A stretch of DNA of 64,000 nt from Solirubrobacteraceae bacterium. Lineage in GTDB: Bacteria; Actinomycetota; Thermoleophilia; Solirubrobacterales; Solirubrobacteraceae. Both the position numbers and the translations under genes were made by a program. Location: assembly GCA_049584155.1 (NCBI GenBank), contig JBAUXH010000113.1, positions 1,918 through 65,917 on the forward strand, read 5' to 3'. Position 1 is the stretch's first letter; each line of letters starts with the position of its first letter. The notes beneath the pieces were generated by a model. It did no database searches. It had not been told where the DNA came from and was given only the letters and a program-made list of their open reading frames with translations. Shown one piece after another: positions 9,418 through 18,572 of this stretch.

Positions 9418-10002
9418 CTACTTCGCCGCCGCAACCTCCGTGCCCTGCCTGCTCAGAAATGGTTCCAACACGCGCGCAAGCCCCTCCCAGTCCTCCGCGA
9501 CGAGCACATCCTCTTCTTCGCACACATCCCTGTTCCAAGGATGCGCCAACGTGGCAGCCGCGATCCCATGTTCCAGCGCAGCCGTGAGGTTCAGCGGGCT
9601 GTCGTCGATCAGCACGTCGATCTGCAGCTGCTGGCAGCGCGAGACCTTGTCCCACGAGCAGCACAGGTCGTCGAAGGGCACGCCGATCTCACGCAGCCAC
9701 CGTTCGCTCACGGATGTGCAGCGCGGGTCGCGATGACTGGTCACGTGGATGTAGTGCCCGTCAGAATCATGCCAGCGGCGCACCGTCTCGACCGCCCCCG
9801 GATAGGGGACGCCGGCGAGGATGCGCTCCTCGCAGTGGCTCTCCTCGATGCAGATCCGCAGCTGCTCGGGCTTCAGCCGGGTGATGCCCCAGGTGAACTG
9901 CTCCTCGTAGGGCAGCTCGATCCCGAAGCGCCGCACCGCGATCTCCGAGAGCGTGTCCCAGTAGTGGTGCAGCGTCGAGTCGATGTCGATTGCGATTCTC
10001 AT
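9418..10002 (-). CDS. HAD-superfamily 5'(3')-nucleotidase-like hydrolase
   Basis: 194 aa. The N-terminal DxDxT motif (IAIDIDSTL) and a late LIDDSP block fit the HAD fold. Confidence 0.75.
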   Translation of the reverse strand: MRIAIDIDSTLHHYWDTLSEIAVRRFGIELPYEEQFTWGITRLKPEQLRICIEESHCEERILAGVPYPGAVETVRRWHDSDGHYIHVTSHRDPRCTSVSERWLREIGVPFDDLCCSWDKVSRCQQLQIDVLIDDSPLNLTAALEHGIAAATLAHPWNRDVCEEEDVLVAEDWEGLARVLEPFLSRQGTEVAAAK

Positions 10003-10102
10003 CGAGTCGGTGGCGGCGTCACGGTTTCATCCTTGGACCGGCGCAGGACAGTCGGCGATCGACAGCCGGATTGCGAACCCCCCGCGGGTAAGGCTGTAGA
10101 TT

Positions 10103-11050
10103 ATGCAGATGCAACCCTCCGGTGGCAACACGGTCGAGACCGCATCCAGCAACGGCCATCACACACCGAATGTTTACGGCCCGTCCGGACGCTCTCCGTG
10201 GCTCGACATCGACTGGCGCGAGCACCAGCACTGGGTAAGCGTCGCGGGGCAGCCCGTGAACACGATCGACCTCGGCGACGGTCCACCGCTCGTGTTCGTG
10301 CACGGCCTCTCGGGCTCCTGGCCGAACTGGCTGGAGCAATTGCCCGTATTCGCCGACTCCCATCGCGTGATCGCAATCGACCTGCCCGGCTTCGGGCACT
10401 CCCCGATGCCGCACGAGCGCATCACGATCTCCGGCTACGCGCGCCTCTTGGACGGCCTCTGCGACGAGCTGGCTATCGACGCGGCCACGCTCGTCGGCAA
10501 CTCGATGGGTGGCTTCGTCTCCGCGGAGCTCGCGATCGCCTTTCCCCAGCGCGTCGAGCGCCTCGTGCTCGTCTCCCCTGCCGGGCTCTCCACCTATCGC
10601 AACTCGCGCGGCACGCGCGCACTGCCGGCATTGCACCGCGGCGAGCGCATCGTCGCGGCCTACACCGCCTGGATGGCCTCCAAGTCCGACATCGTCGCCA
10701 AGCGCGCGTTCCTACGCAACGCCACGCTCGGGCTCGTCACGCGCCACCCCGGCCGCCTTCCAGCCGCCCTAGCCGCCGAGCAGCTGCGCGGCGCCGGCAA
10801 GCCCGGCTTCCTGCAAGCCCTCGAAGCGAACCTCGACTACGACTTCCGCGATCGCCTCCCCGAGATCGCCTGCCCCACCCTGATCGTCTGGGGCGACAGC
10901 GACCGCGTGATCACCGTCCGCGATGCAGCCGTCTTCGCCGAGATGATCCCCGGCTCGCGTAAGGTCATCTACGAGGACACCGGCCACATGGCCCAGATCG
11001 AGCGGCCAGACGCGTTCAACTCGCTTTTGCGCGACTTTCTCTCCGAGTAG
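10103..11050 (+). CDS. alpha/beta-fold hydrolase
   Basis: 315 aa. HG oxyanion block VFVHGLSGS, nucleophile elbow GNSMGG, C-terminal GHM. Confidence 0.9.
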   Translation: MQMQPSGGNTVETASSNGHHTPNVYGPSGRSPWLDIDWREHQHWVSVAGQPVNTIDLGDGPPLVFVHGLSGSWPNWLEQLPVFADSHRVIAIDLPGFGHSPMPHERITISGYARLLDGLCDELAIDAATLVGNSMGGFVSAELAIAFPQRVERLVLVSPAGLSTYRNSRGTRALPALHRGERIVAAYTAWMASKSDIVAKRAFLRNATLGLVTRHPGRLPAALAAEQLRGAGKPGFLQALEANLDYDFRDRLPEIACPTLIVWGDSDRVITVRDAAVFAEMIPGSRKVIYEDTGHMAQIERPDAFNSLLRDFLSE

Positions 11051-11055
11051 TCGCC

Positions 11056-14000
11056 CTACCGCTTCTTTCCCTTCCGCTTGACGACCGGACCGTACTTGTG
11101 ACGGGCGGCCTTTTCGCAGGCTTTGCGCTTTGAGCCTTTGGGTTTCTTGTGGCAGGCCTTCAGGGCAATGGCGAGTTTCTGTGTGCGGGTGAGGGTCTTG
11201 GTCTTTGCGCACCCTGTGATGGTTGCTTTGGTGTTCTGGGTGATGAGGGCGCCGTTTTGGGCGGTGAGGGTAGTGGGTAGGTTGAGTGCTTGTCCGCAGA
11301 GGCTGTTCTTCGCACTCGCGGGGAGGTCTGTCGCGAGGACGGAGTAGGGGCCTTGTGGGAATGTTGTTTCGAAGGTGGTGATGGGTTGGTCGGGGACTGT
11401 TTCGAAGTGGCTGTAGGTGATGCCCTTCTTGATCTGTGTCTTGCCGTCCAGGATCACCAGTACGCCTTCGCCCTGGAGTAGGAACTCGACATCGGGGAAC
11501 GCCGCACCACCATGCGACACCAAGATCGCAGGACCAGTCAAAGGACTGCTCAACAGTGGTGTAATCGCTTTCGCGGTGCCGATCATGGATGCTGTGGGGC
11601 ACCCTGCGGGGTTGGTGTTGAACTGCGCTTCGGTACACGCTTTCTGCAACGTCGACAGGCGCGCGGGTAGTTGCTTTGGCAGTTGCAGATCGACGCGCCC
11701 TAGATTCGCTTGCGTCCCCAACGATCCCGCGGGGTAGGCAACCTTCACGGTCAGGCTCGCGCCCTTCGCTTTGGAGGTCCCTCCCGTCGTAGACACCGCG
11801 AATCTGGGCGTGAACTTCAGGTTCTGACAGGACCCGACCTGGAAACGAGACGACAACGATGCGACCTGAGCGAGTGTCGAGGACTCCTCCCCGGTAACTG
11901 TCAGGGGGTTGCAACTGGTGGGGTTCACGATGAACCCAGGACGATCAACCGTCACCACGATCGAACGGACGTCCAGGGGTATGCCGTCCAGGATGCTGGG
12001 GATGGGATCTGATTTCGTCGTGACCTGCGCCGTGCTCGGGTTGATGTACAACCCTGCACGGACAACGACGGCACCGAAATCGAACGGGCCCGCGACCGCA
12101 GGGGTGACGATCGCGAGGCTGAACGGCGCACCCTCATACGGGCCGGCCATATATGCCTTGCCTGTGACGTAGAGCGGGTTGGGGCCCGCGCCCGCACCGA
12201 CAGTCGCCGTTCCGATCATCGAGGAGGACGGACAGGAGGGGTCTGCTTGCTCGATAGCGCCTTCCCTGGGATGACTACGATCCCGTGCAATAGCGATCTG
12301 GGCCTCGGAGCACTGCGGTATCCCTGCCAGTTTCCCTGTCGCGCCGGGTGGCAACGTCACGTTCAACCCCGAGAAGTTCTGGGCACCGTCTTCACGAGTG
12401 AGATGCACCACGAGTGGGCTGTACGCACCGGCGACAGGACTGGTCGTGCCCGCTTCGAAACCCGGAGCGTTAGGCTCACCCGCAGCACTCGTGGGACAAG
12501 CACCACCCGTCGACGCTGAGGTGACCTGGAAGGACCCTGACGGTGTCGCTGTCGCACCTTCCGGACTGGTCCACGGCACCATTGAGGTCGTGGTGGAGAA
12601 CGTGCCGCACGTCGCTGGGGTACGCAACGACGCACGCGCACCATCGAAGAAATCAAATTCGAAGTCTTCAACCGGGACCTGCGGCGCATCAAGCACTGTC
12701 GTCGTCAACCGGCCCGTAACAGGATCAGGAGTGACTTTCCCGGCAAGCTTGACGACGATCCCGCTCTCGGGGTCTTCAAGGACGATGTAGATCGCAAGCA
12801 ACGAGCCGAAGGGATTGTCTTCCTGGCTCGCGAGGAAGACAGAGCCCTTGATCGGATGATCCAACGCCGGAACATTCGCGCTGACCACACCGATCTTCGA
12901 CGCATCAGGACACGCCGCAGGAGCCTTGTCGAAATGAACCTGACCCCCCGACCCGACAGGCAACAAACCCATCTCACCCGTGGTACAAGCAGCCCTACCC
13001 TCGGCAGAGGCCGGGTTCACCGCCAACCCCTCCGGCAGCACCACGCTCGCATCCTTCAGATCGGCCTCCCCCAGTTCTTCTTCAGGATGCGGCCCCGTTT
13101 CATGGGCTGCTACCGGCAGGTGCAGCTTGAAGTGCAGCCCGCTCGGCGAATCAGCCACACCAGTCGTAGGCTTGGCTTCAATCGTCGGCGTGAAAGGAGG
13201 CGCACTGCAGGCCGTAGGAGCCGGTTCGCTGAAGCTTGTGAGCGCGTTTGCCGGCGGCTGCGCCCAGGTTTCGATGCTCATCGTCGTGGTGAGCGAGTTG
13301 GCGCAAGAGCTCGGTAGACGCAAGAAGGAGCGTGGCGTGCCATCTACCGAGCATGAGCCTTCCTGTACCGCTCCGCAGAACCCCCGCATCGTGTCATGGC
13401 TTGCTTCCCATGGTGTCCCCCAGAGGATGATCCGCGTCGCCGTCGCTCGTTGCGCCTCGGTGACGTTTTCCAGGTAGGCAGTGATCCCGTAGTCACCGTC
13501 CGAGCGCACCCGAGTGTTGATGTAGATCGGGACGCCAAAGATCTGGAAGCCGAACTGGGCGGGCATGCCTCTTGGCGGAACGAGGTTGTAGACCGGGATC
13601 GGCGTGTGGCCCGTCGCTCCTTCCAGCTGCTCCACGGTCGCCAGTCCTACCGCCGAACCGACCGGGCACTCGTTCACCGAGACGTTTCCTGTCGCGGTCG
13701 TAGTAGCGGCGAACTGCTGGGTCGTGCAGCGTTCAATCGCGGTTGGGTTGCCGACCAGCCCCGGCGGCAATGCCACTTCTATTTCTCTCAGGTTCCCTCC
13801 GGCCGCGAGGACCGGGAGTTCCTCCCCGGGCACAGTCGTGACCGTGTTCACCGCGAACGTCGTCGTGTATTGGTAAGGGTGGGAATCCGCTCCGATGACC
13901 GGCCTGCCGTCGGCAGCGGTCAGTTCGGACTTAAGTTCCTCAAAGCCCACCTTCGCATCTTCGGGACTGGCCCCGTTTTCGGATGCGGCGGAGACCAGTG

Positions 14001-14490
14001 CCGCACCCCCACCTGATACTTGCACCTGGTTGAGCAACTTGCCACTGGCACCAGGAGGCACGATTACGTTGACCTCCAAGAACAGCGCGTTGCTCGGGTC
14101 GAGCCTTGCCGGTTCGCTTGCAGGCTGCAACGCGTTGGTGACCTCACAGCTGACCGTCGTCACTTCACTCACCGTCACCGGTTTGGCGCACCCTTCGCTG
14201 ATGTTGGGGTTGCTTCCACGAGGTGAACGAAATGAAAGCCTCTTTACTTCAATCCCTTTTGGCAGTGTATCAGTGATCGTGATCGTGCTGTTGTTGGTAG
14301 GAGCACCACCGCTGTTGTTGATGAAGACCTGGTAGCTATCTTCACCGCTTGCTTCACCCGGCAGGAAGTTGGTCGGCGCAGCGATGGATTGGATATTCCA
14401 AGCCGGTGCCGGAGTAGCAGCATCGGAATCAGCGGCCGCCAGACACAACGACAAGGCGAGCAGGGGGACGATCAGCCTGTGCGACCTCAT
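11056..14490 (-). CDS. 1144-aa secreted repeat protein of unknown function (signal peptide, DUF11-like N-terminal beta-sandwich, four ~230-aa Cys-bracketed modules, polybasic tail)
   Basis: Signal peptide MRSHRLIVPLLALSLCLAAADSDA. Codon third positions are mixed, unlike the flanks. The start overlaps the upstream stop (ATGA at 14487-14490). I saw no enzymatic motif. Confidence 0.9.
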   Translation of the reverse strand: MRSHRLIVPLLALSLCLAAADSDAATPAPAWNIQSIAAPTNFLPGEASGEDSYQVFINNSGGAPTNNSTITITDTLPKGIEVKRLSFRSPRGSNPNISEGCAKPVTVSEVTTVSCEVTNALQPASEPARLDPSNALFLEVNVIVPPGASGKLLNQVQVSGGGAALVSAASENGASPEDAKVGFEELKSELTAADGRPVIGADSHPYQYTTTFAVNTVTTVPGEELPVLAAGGNLREIEVALPPGLVGNPTAIERCTTQQFAATTTATGNVSVNECPVGSAVGLATVEQLEGATGHTPIPVYNLVPPRGMPAQFGFQIFGVPIYINTRVRSDGDYGITAYLENVTEAQRATATRIILWGTPWEASHDTMRGFCGAVQEGSCSVDGTPRSFLRLPSSCANSLTTTMSIETWAQPPANALTSFSEPAPTACSAPPFTPTIEAKPTTGVADSPSGLHFKLHLPVAAHETGPHPEEELGEADLKDASVVLPEGLAVNPASAEGRAACTTGEMGLLPVGSGGQVHFDKAPAACPDASKIGVVSANVPALDHPIKGSVFLASQEDNPFGSLLAIYIVLEDPESGIVVKLAGKVTPDPVTGRLTTTVLDAPQVPVEDFEFDFFDGARASLRTPATCGTFSTTTSMVPWTSPEGATATPSGSFQVTSASTGGACPTSAAGEPNAPGFEAGTTSPVAGAYSPLVVHLTREDGAQNFSGLNVTLPPGATGKLAGIPQCSEAQIAIARDRSHPREGAIEQADPSCPSSSMIGTATVGAGAGPNPLYVTGKAYMAGPYEGAPFSLAIVTPAVAGPFDFGAVVVRAGLYINPSTAQVTTKSDPIPSILDGIPLDVRSIVVTVDRPGFIVNPTSCNPLTVTGEESSTLAQVASLSSRFQVGSCQNLKFTPRFAVSTTGGTSKAKGASLTVKVAYPAGSLGTQANLGRVDLQLPKQLPARLSTLQKACTEAQFNTNPAGCPTASMIGTAKAITPLLSSPLTGPAILVSHGGAAFPDVEFLLQGEGVLVILDGKTQIKKGITYSHFETVPDQPITTFETTFPQGPYSVLATDLPASAKNSLCGQALNLPTTLTAQNGALITQNTKATITGCAKTKTLTRTQKLAIALKACHKKPKGSKRKACEKAARHKYGPVVKRKGKKR

Positions 14491-17400
14491 CGCTTCGCTC
14501 CCTTCTTCGAGTTGGGTTTCCTCTTAGAACTGGGCTTCTTCTTTGACTTGGGCTTCTTCTTTTGCTTCTTGTGGATGGGGTTCTTTGCGCAGATCTCCTT
14601 GCCCTTCTTCAACTCACGATGCTTGCCCTTGGGGCAACCGATCGACTTGGGTGTCACCGCAGCGGTGAAGATCGGGTTGGCCGGGCCCGCGAAGACCGAG
14701 GTCGCGGGACTCGTCAAGGACGGCGCGACTAGAGCGTTCGGCAGACAACCTTCGCCCTGACAAGCCACAGCCTGGCTCGGTTCCGCGAACCCGCCCCCTT
14801 CACGGTAGTCATAGATGTCGTAGTTGGGGTTAGTGTCCCAGCCGACCAGCGCCTGACGAGTAGAGAAGAAGACGTCACGCCCATTCGAGGACGCATCGAT
14901 CAGATAGCTTTCGTCGCTGCTCTTGCCACTGGAGACGAGGAAGTGACAGCCACCGGAGACGGGGTCAAAAGCTCCGCTTTTCGTGGTGCAGCTACCCGCT
15001 CCCGGGCGCTCGAACTCATACACGTCACGCCTGCCGTTTTCATCAGCCCGGAGGATCGCGTCGAAGGACTCGAAGAAGAAACGCGAACCGTCATCGGAGA
15101 GATAGCGCGGACCTTCATAGACATTGCTCCAACCCGGCAGAAGGGTCGGCCCCAACGGCCTGGCACCAGAAGGATTACAGGAAGCACAACTGAGCGTTCT
15201 GGCTTCGGCGTCATACACGAAACCCTGCGTACAAAGCGGACCGCCATAGAATGCGCCTCCTCCTTGCAGGATTTCTTCATGTTGAAATTCACAGTGTTGG
15301 CCTTTGGCTACGGTGTTGTCGTATCCGGCCAGTGCCTGGGATTCAACCGAGAGGAACGCCAAGTGCTTGCCATCGGGAGTGACCCGGGCGGTAAGACTCT
15401 TCGGCTGAGAAGACCAGTCGCCCCCGTCTTCCGGGGAGAGCTGCGCGATGAAACGCGTTTCTTTACCGTGGAAGAGATAAAGGTTGTACGCTCCTTCTTT
15501 AGCTTTCTCGCCGGCGTTTTCGCCGGTGCTGAGCACGCTCTTGGCGACGAAGTAGACGTAGGAGCCGTCGTCGGAGGCACCGATCCCACCTTGCACATTC
15601 GCCGGAGTCGTGCTCTTGGTCAGGTCCGAGAGCGGTTCTGTTTTGCCGAGTTCATAGCGGTAGAGGTCGGGCTTTCCTGCTTCGGCCTTGGAGCCCGAGA
15701 TCAGCTTGCCGGTATCGGTGAAGTAGACCACCGAGCCATCCTTGCTCGCAGCCACAAACACACCGTTATCGGCTGGTCCGGCACCGGGCTTTTCTTTTTC
15801 AGCTCCTTTGCTCGGCAGGTTGTCGAGCTGGACCGTTTCAGCACCGTGAACGTGAGCAAAGAGCTCGCTCGAGACTTTGCCTTCGATCTGCGAGGTGGTG
15901 CCGCTCAATGCTCCCTTGAAGGTGACCGTGTAGGGGTTTGAGCCGAGCACTTCGACGTTGCCCGCACCGATCGAGGAGAGCCCTTCAAGCACTTTCTGCA
16001 CTTCCCCGGCACTCGCACTCGAGACCAACAGAGGAGTACTGTTTCCCTCGAAGCCGAGACGGAACTCGCCGATCCCCTTCCCTCCCACCACGACGGTCTG
16101 CACGCCTGGCGTACCCGCAGTCACGGTGACCGTCGGCAGATAAGTCCAGAAGGCCCTGGAGCCATCCGCAGAGACCACGTGACGCATAACCGTCTGCCCC
16201 CACTGACAGTTGGTGACGCTGTGCAAGTCAAGACTCCGACCAAAAGCGGTCCCTTCGGTGGGCGCCGTCGGTTTGCTTTGCCCCGCCAGGATCCCGATCG
16301 CCTTCAGGCCTTCTGCAGCCGACCATTCATAGAGGTTTAGACCTTCACCTTCCGGCACCCCGGCGTAGCGGGCCACGGCAGCAAAGAAGACGCGACTACC
16401 GTCATCGTTCGCGCCGGCGTAAACCAGACAGCCACCGATACCCTGCGGCACTTCCGGTGTCAGGCAGGTGCGAGCACCACTGGCGCTGTTGAGCAAATAG
16501 AGGTTTTCCACCCCCGCCGGACAGCCCGGGGCGAGAACACCGTCACTGACCTTGAAGGCAGCAAAGCCAAGTTCAGGCGAGAAGCCCTTGAACGGGATCG
16601 CAATCACCGGTTCCTGAAAACCGAAAGGCGAGAGGTCTTCAGTCACCCAACCACCCACGGTGCGCTTGGAGAGATACTGACTCGAGGAGGGCGCCCCTTC
16701 GGCGTCCTTGCCGAAAGAGGTGAACGAGGTGTAGGTCGCGGCTTCGCCCGATCCGGCGCTCGCTTGGATCCGCACATTACGGTCTTCAAAGGTGCCACTG
16801 GCGATCTTTGGGGTGCCCACTTCGGCGCTGTTCTTCTCACTCGGGGAGACCAGCTCCCAGGCGCGATTATCGGGCGTTTCGAAAGGCCCGACGGTGCGGA
16901 AGGAATGTTCGTTTGCGGGGCACGGTTCCGCACCGTTCCTGGGGCAGACGAGCCCCGCCGGTGGGACATCGTTTCTAACGTGCAGGCGCCAGTGATACAC
17001 CGTCTCGGGGGTAAGGCCCGTCAAGACCGCGCTCCGCAGCTGCACCGTTTCGCTTGCACCATAGTCAAGTTCAGGCGTCGGCACGCTCAGCGCTTCAGCG
17101 AAGCGGCTTACTTTGAACTTCGCGTCTTCGACGTATTCGATCTCCGCGGTAGCCTCCAAACCCAGAGGATTGCCTTCCGCACTCACGGTCGCTTCTTCTT
17201 CGCCGACCATGCTGACGGTGCCGGGACCGAATTCAAAGCCTTCCTTGGTTTCAAAACTGCCTTCTTGGCCCGCCGGCGCCACGCCGTCAGCGTTTTCGGC
17301 GATCGCTTTGCAGTGATAAACCGTTTCCGGCTTCAGACCGACAATGGTCTGCGCGGCTTCATGCAGTTCGAAGTCCGCCGATCCTGGGAGGGTTACCGAC

Positions 17401-18563
17401 GGACCCTCTTTGGTTTCCGTGCCATCGGAGTACTCAAAATGGAATTTCGTTTCCTTGCCCTCCGGGTTCACTTCAGCCTGAAGCGTCGCCCTGACACTCC
17501 CGATACCACCCGACTCAACATGGCAAGGTTCGGGCACGATCACGGGCCCCTCGGGAACATCGAAGAAGTTGACACCTACAGACCCTTTGGTCGCGAAGAC
17601 GCCCTCGACACCGCCCCCTTCGTAGGCCGCCAACCCCGGAACGTCGGAACCCGCATTGTAGGCAAACCGTTTGATCAGAGTAGTGTCAGGAGCATACTCT
17701 GCGATGAAGTACGTCGAATGGGGCGGGGTCTTGGCAACGGTCACTCCCCGCTGCTTGCCAAAAACGTTTCCCGCAGGGTCGCTCGCCATGCCTTCAGTTT
17801 CAACACCCCCCATTTCCGTCAGCAGAACTCCGGTTGGGCTGTATCTGCGAATTACTCCACCTTCGCCGGCGACCGTGACATACATGTCACCCGCCGAGTT
17901 GACCACGATGTTTCTGATCGTCCCCTTGCTTTCGAAGAGCGGGACTTCTTCGACACAAGCCCCCGAAGGGTCAAAGATGTTTACGCGGCTGACGAAGACT
18001 TCTTCAGGTCCGCTGCCATCCTTGTCATAGCTGTCAGCTACATACACATCCCCGCCCGGCCCCACCGCGATTGGATCATCGGTGCTCGTCAGCTCGCAAG
18101 GCCCCTCGCCCTCTTTGCCGAACGAATCGACGAGTTCACCGGACGGCTTGAACTTCTGCACTTCAAAGTCGTTCGATGCGACATAGACATCATGACGGGA
18201 GGCGCTGGCTTCGTCGTTGTCGACAGCGACCCACGTCGGGGTGCTCGCCGCGAACGACGAGACAAAGGCACCGCCGGATTCAAAGACGTTGACGCGATTA
18301 TTGCCACGATCGGCGACATAGACATGACCCGTTTCCCAATCGGTCGCCACTCCCTGCGGACTGTTGCACTGACCCGCGCCCGCGCCCGGCGGACAGAACG
18401 GGATAGCCGCAAAGGCACCCGGAGCAAGGACCAAGGCCCACAGCGAGGCCAAGACCAAGAACACCAGAAGAGCCGCCTGGACTCGACCGGCCCGCATGGT
18501 CGGTCGAGTCCACCGGGTCATAGATACCGGGTCCATTTTGCTGAGGAATCGCGATCGTGGCAT
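14487..18563 (-). CDS. 1358-aa secreted protein with N-terminal NHL-like repeats, two Fn3-like domains, a PD40/TolB-like beta-propeller and a polybasic tail
   Basis: Signal sequence MRAGRVQAALLVFLVLASLWALVLAPGAFAA, so ATG 18497 is an alternative start. NHL-like blades: HVYVADRGNNRVNVF, DVYVASNDFEVQKF, DMYVTVAGEGGVIRRY. PD40-like blades: DDGSRVFFAAV, ADGSRAFWTY, KDGSVVYFTD, DDGSYVYFVA, PDGKHLAFLS, DDGSRFFFES, NGRDVFFST. Confidence 0.9.
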   Translation of the reverse strand: MPRSRFLSKMDPVSMTRWTRPTMRAGRVQAALLVFLVLASLWALVLAPGAFAAIPFCPPGAGAGQCNSPQGVATDWETGHVYVADRGNNRVNVFESGGAFVSSFAASTPTWVAVDNDEASASRHDVYVASNDFEVQKFKPSGELVDSFGKEGEGPCELTSTDDPIAVGPGGDVYVADSYDKDGSGPEEVFVSRVNIFDPSGACVEEVPLFESKGTIRNIVVNSAGDMYVTVAGEGGVIRRYSPTGVLLTEMGGVETEGMASDPAGNVFGKQRGVTVAKTPPHSTYFIAEYAPDTTLIKRFAYNAGSDVPGLAAYEGGGVEGVFATKGSVGVNFFDVPEGPVIVPEPCHVESGGIGSVRATLQAEVNPEGKETKFHFEYSDGTETKEGPSVTLPGSADFELHEAAQTIVGLKPETVYHCKAIAENADGVAPAGQEGSFETKEGFEFGPGTVSMVGEEEATVSAEGNPLGLEATAEIEYVEDAKFKVSRFAEALSVPTPELDYGASETVQLRSAVLTGLTPETVYHWRLHVRNDVPPAGLVCPRNGAEPCPANEHSFRTVGPFETPDNRAWELVSPSEKNSAEVGTPKIASGTFEDRNVRIQASAGSGEAATYTSFTSFGKDAEGAPSSSQYLSKRTVGGWVTEDLSPFGFQEPVIAIPFKGFSPELGFAAFKVSDGVLAPGCPAGVENLYLLNSASGARTCLTPEVPQGIGGCLVYAGANDDGSRVFFAAVARYAGVPEGEGLNLYEWSAAEGLKAIGILAGQSKPTAPTEGTAFGRSLDLHSVTNCQWGQTVMRHVVSADGSRAFWTYLPTVTVTAGTPGVQTVVVGGKGIGEFRLGFEGNSTPLLVSSASAGEVQKVLEGLSSIGAGNVEVLGSNPYTVTFKGALSGTTSQIEGKVSSELFAHVHGAETVQLDNLPSKGAEKEKPGAGPADNGVFVAASKDGSVVYFTDTGKLISGSKAEAGKPDLYRYELGKTEPLSDLTKSTTPANVQGGIGASDDGSYVYFVAKSVLSTGENAGEKAKEGAYNLYLFHGKETRFIAQLSPEDGGDWSSQPKSLTARVTPDGKHLAFLSVESQALAGYDNTVAKGQHCEFQHEEILQGGGAFYGGPLCTQGFVYDAEARTLSCASCNPSGARPLGPTLLPGWSNVYEGPRYLSDDGSRFFFESFDAILRADENGRRDVYEFERPGAGSCTTKSGAFDPVSGGCHFLVSSGKSSDESYLIDASSNGRDVFFSTRQALVGWDTNPNYDIYDYREGGGFAEPSQAVACQGEGCLPNALVAPSLTSPATSVFAGPANPIFTAAVTPKSIGCPKGKHRELKKGKEICAKNPIHKKQKKKPKSKKKPSSKRKPNSKKGAKR

Positions 18564-18572
18564 AGTCGTTTA

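Noticed and set aside
9271-10962. 563-aa plus-strand ORF spanning the HAD and hydrolase genes
   Set aside because: It is an off-frame or antisense run through two recognisable genes, with an Arg/Pro/Ala-rich product.
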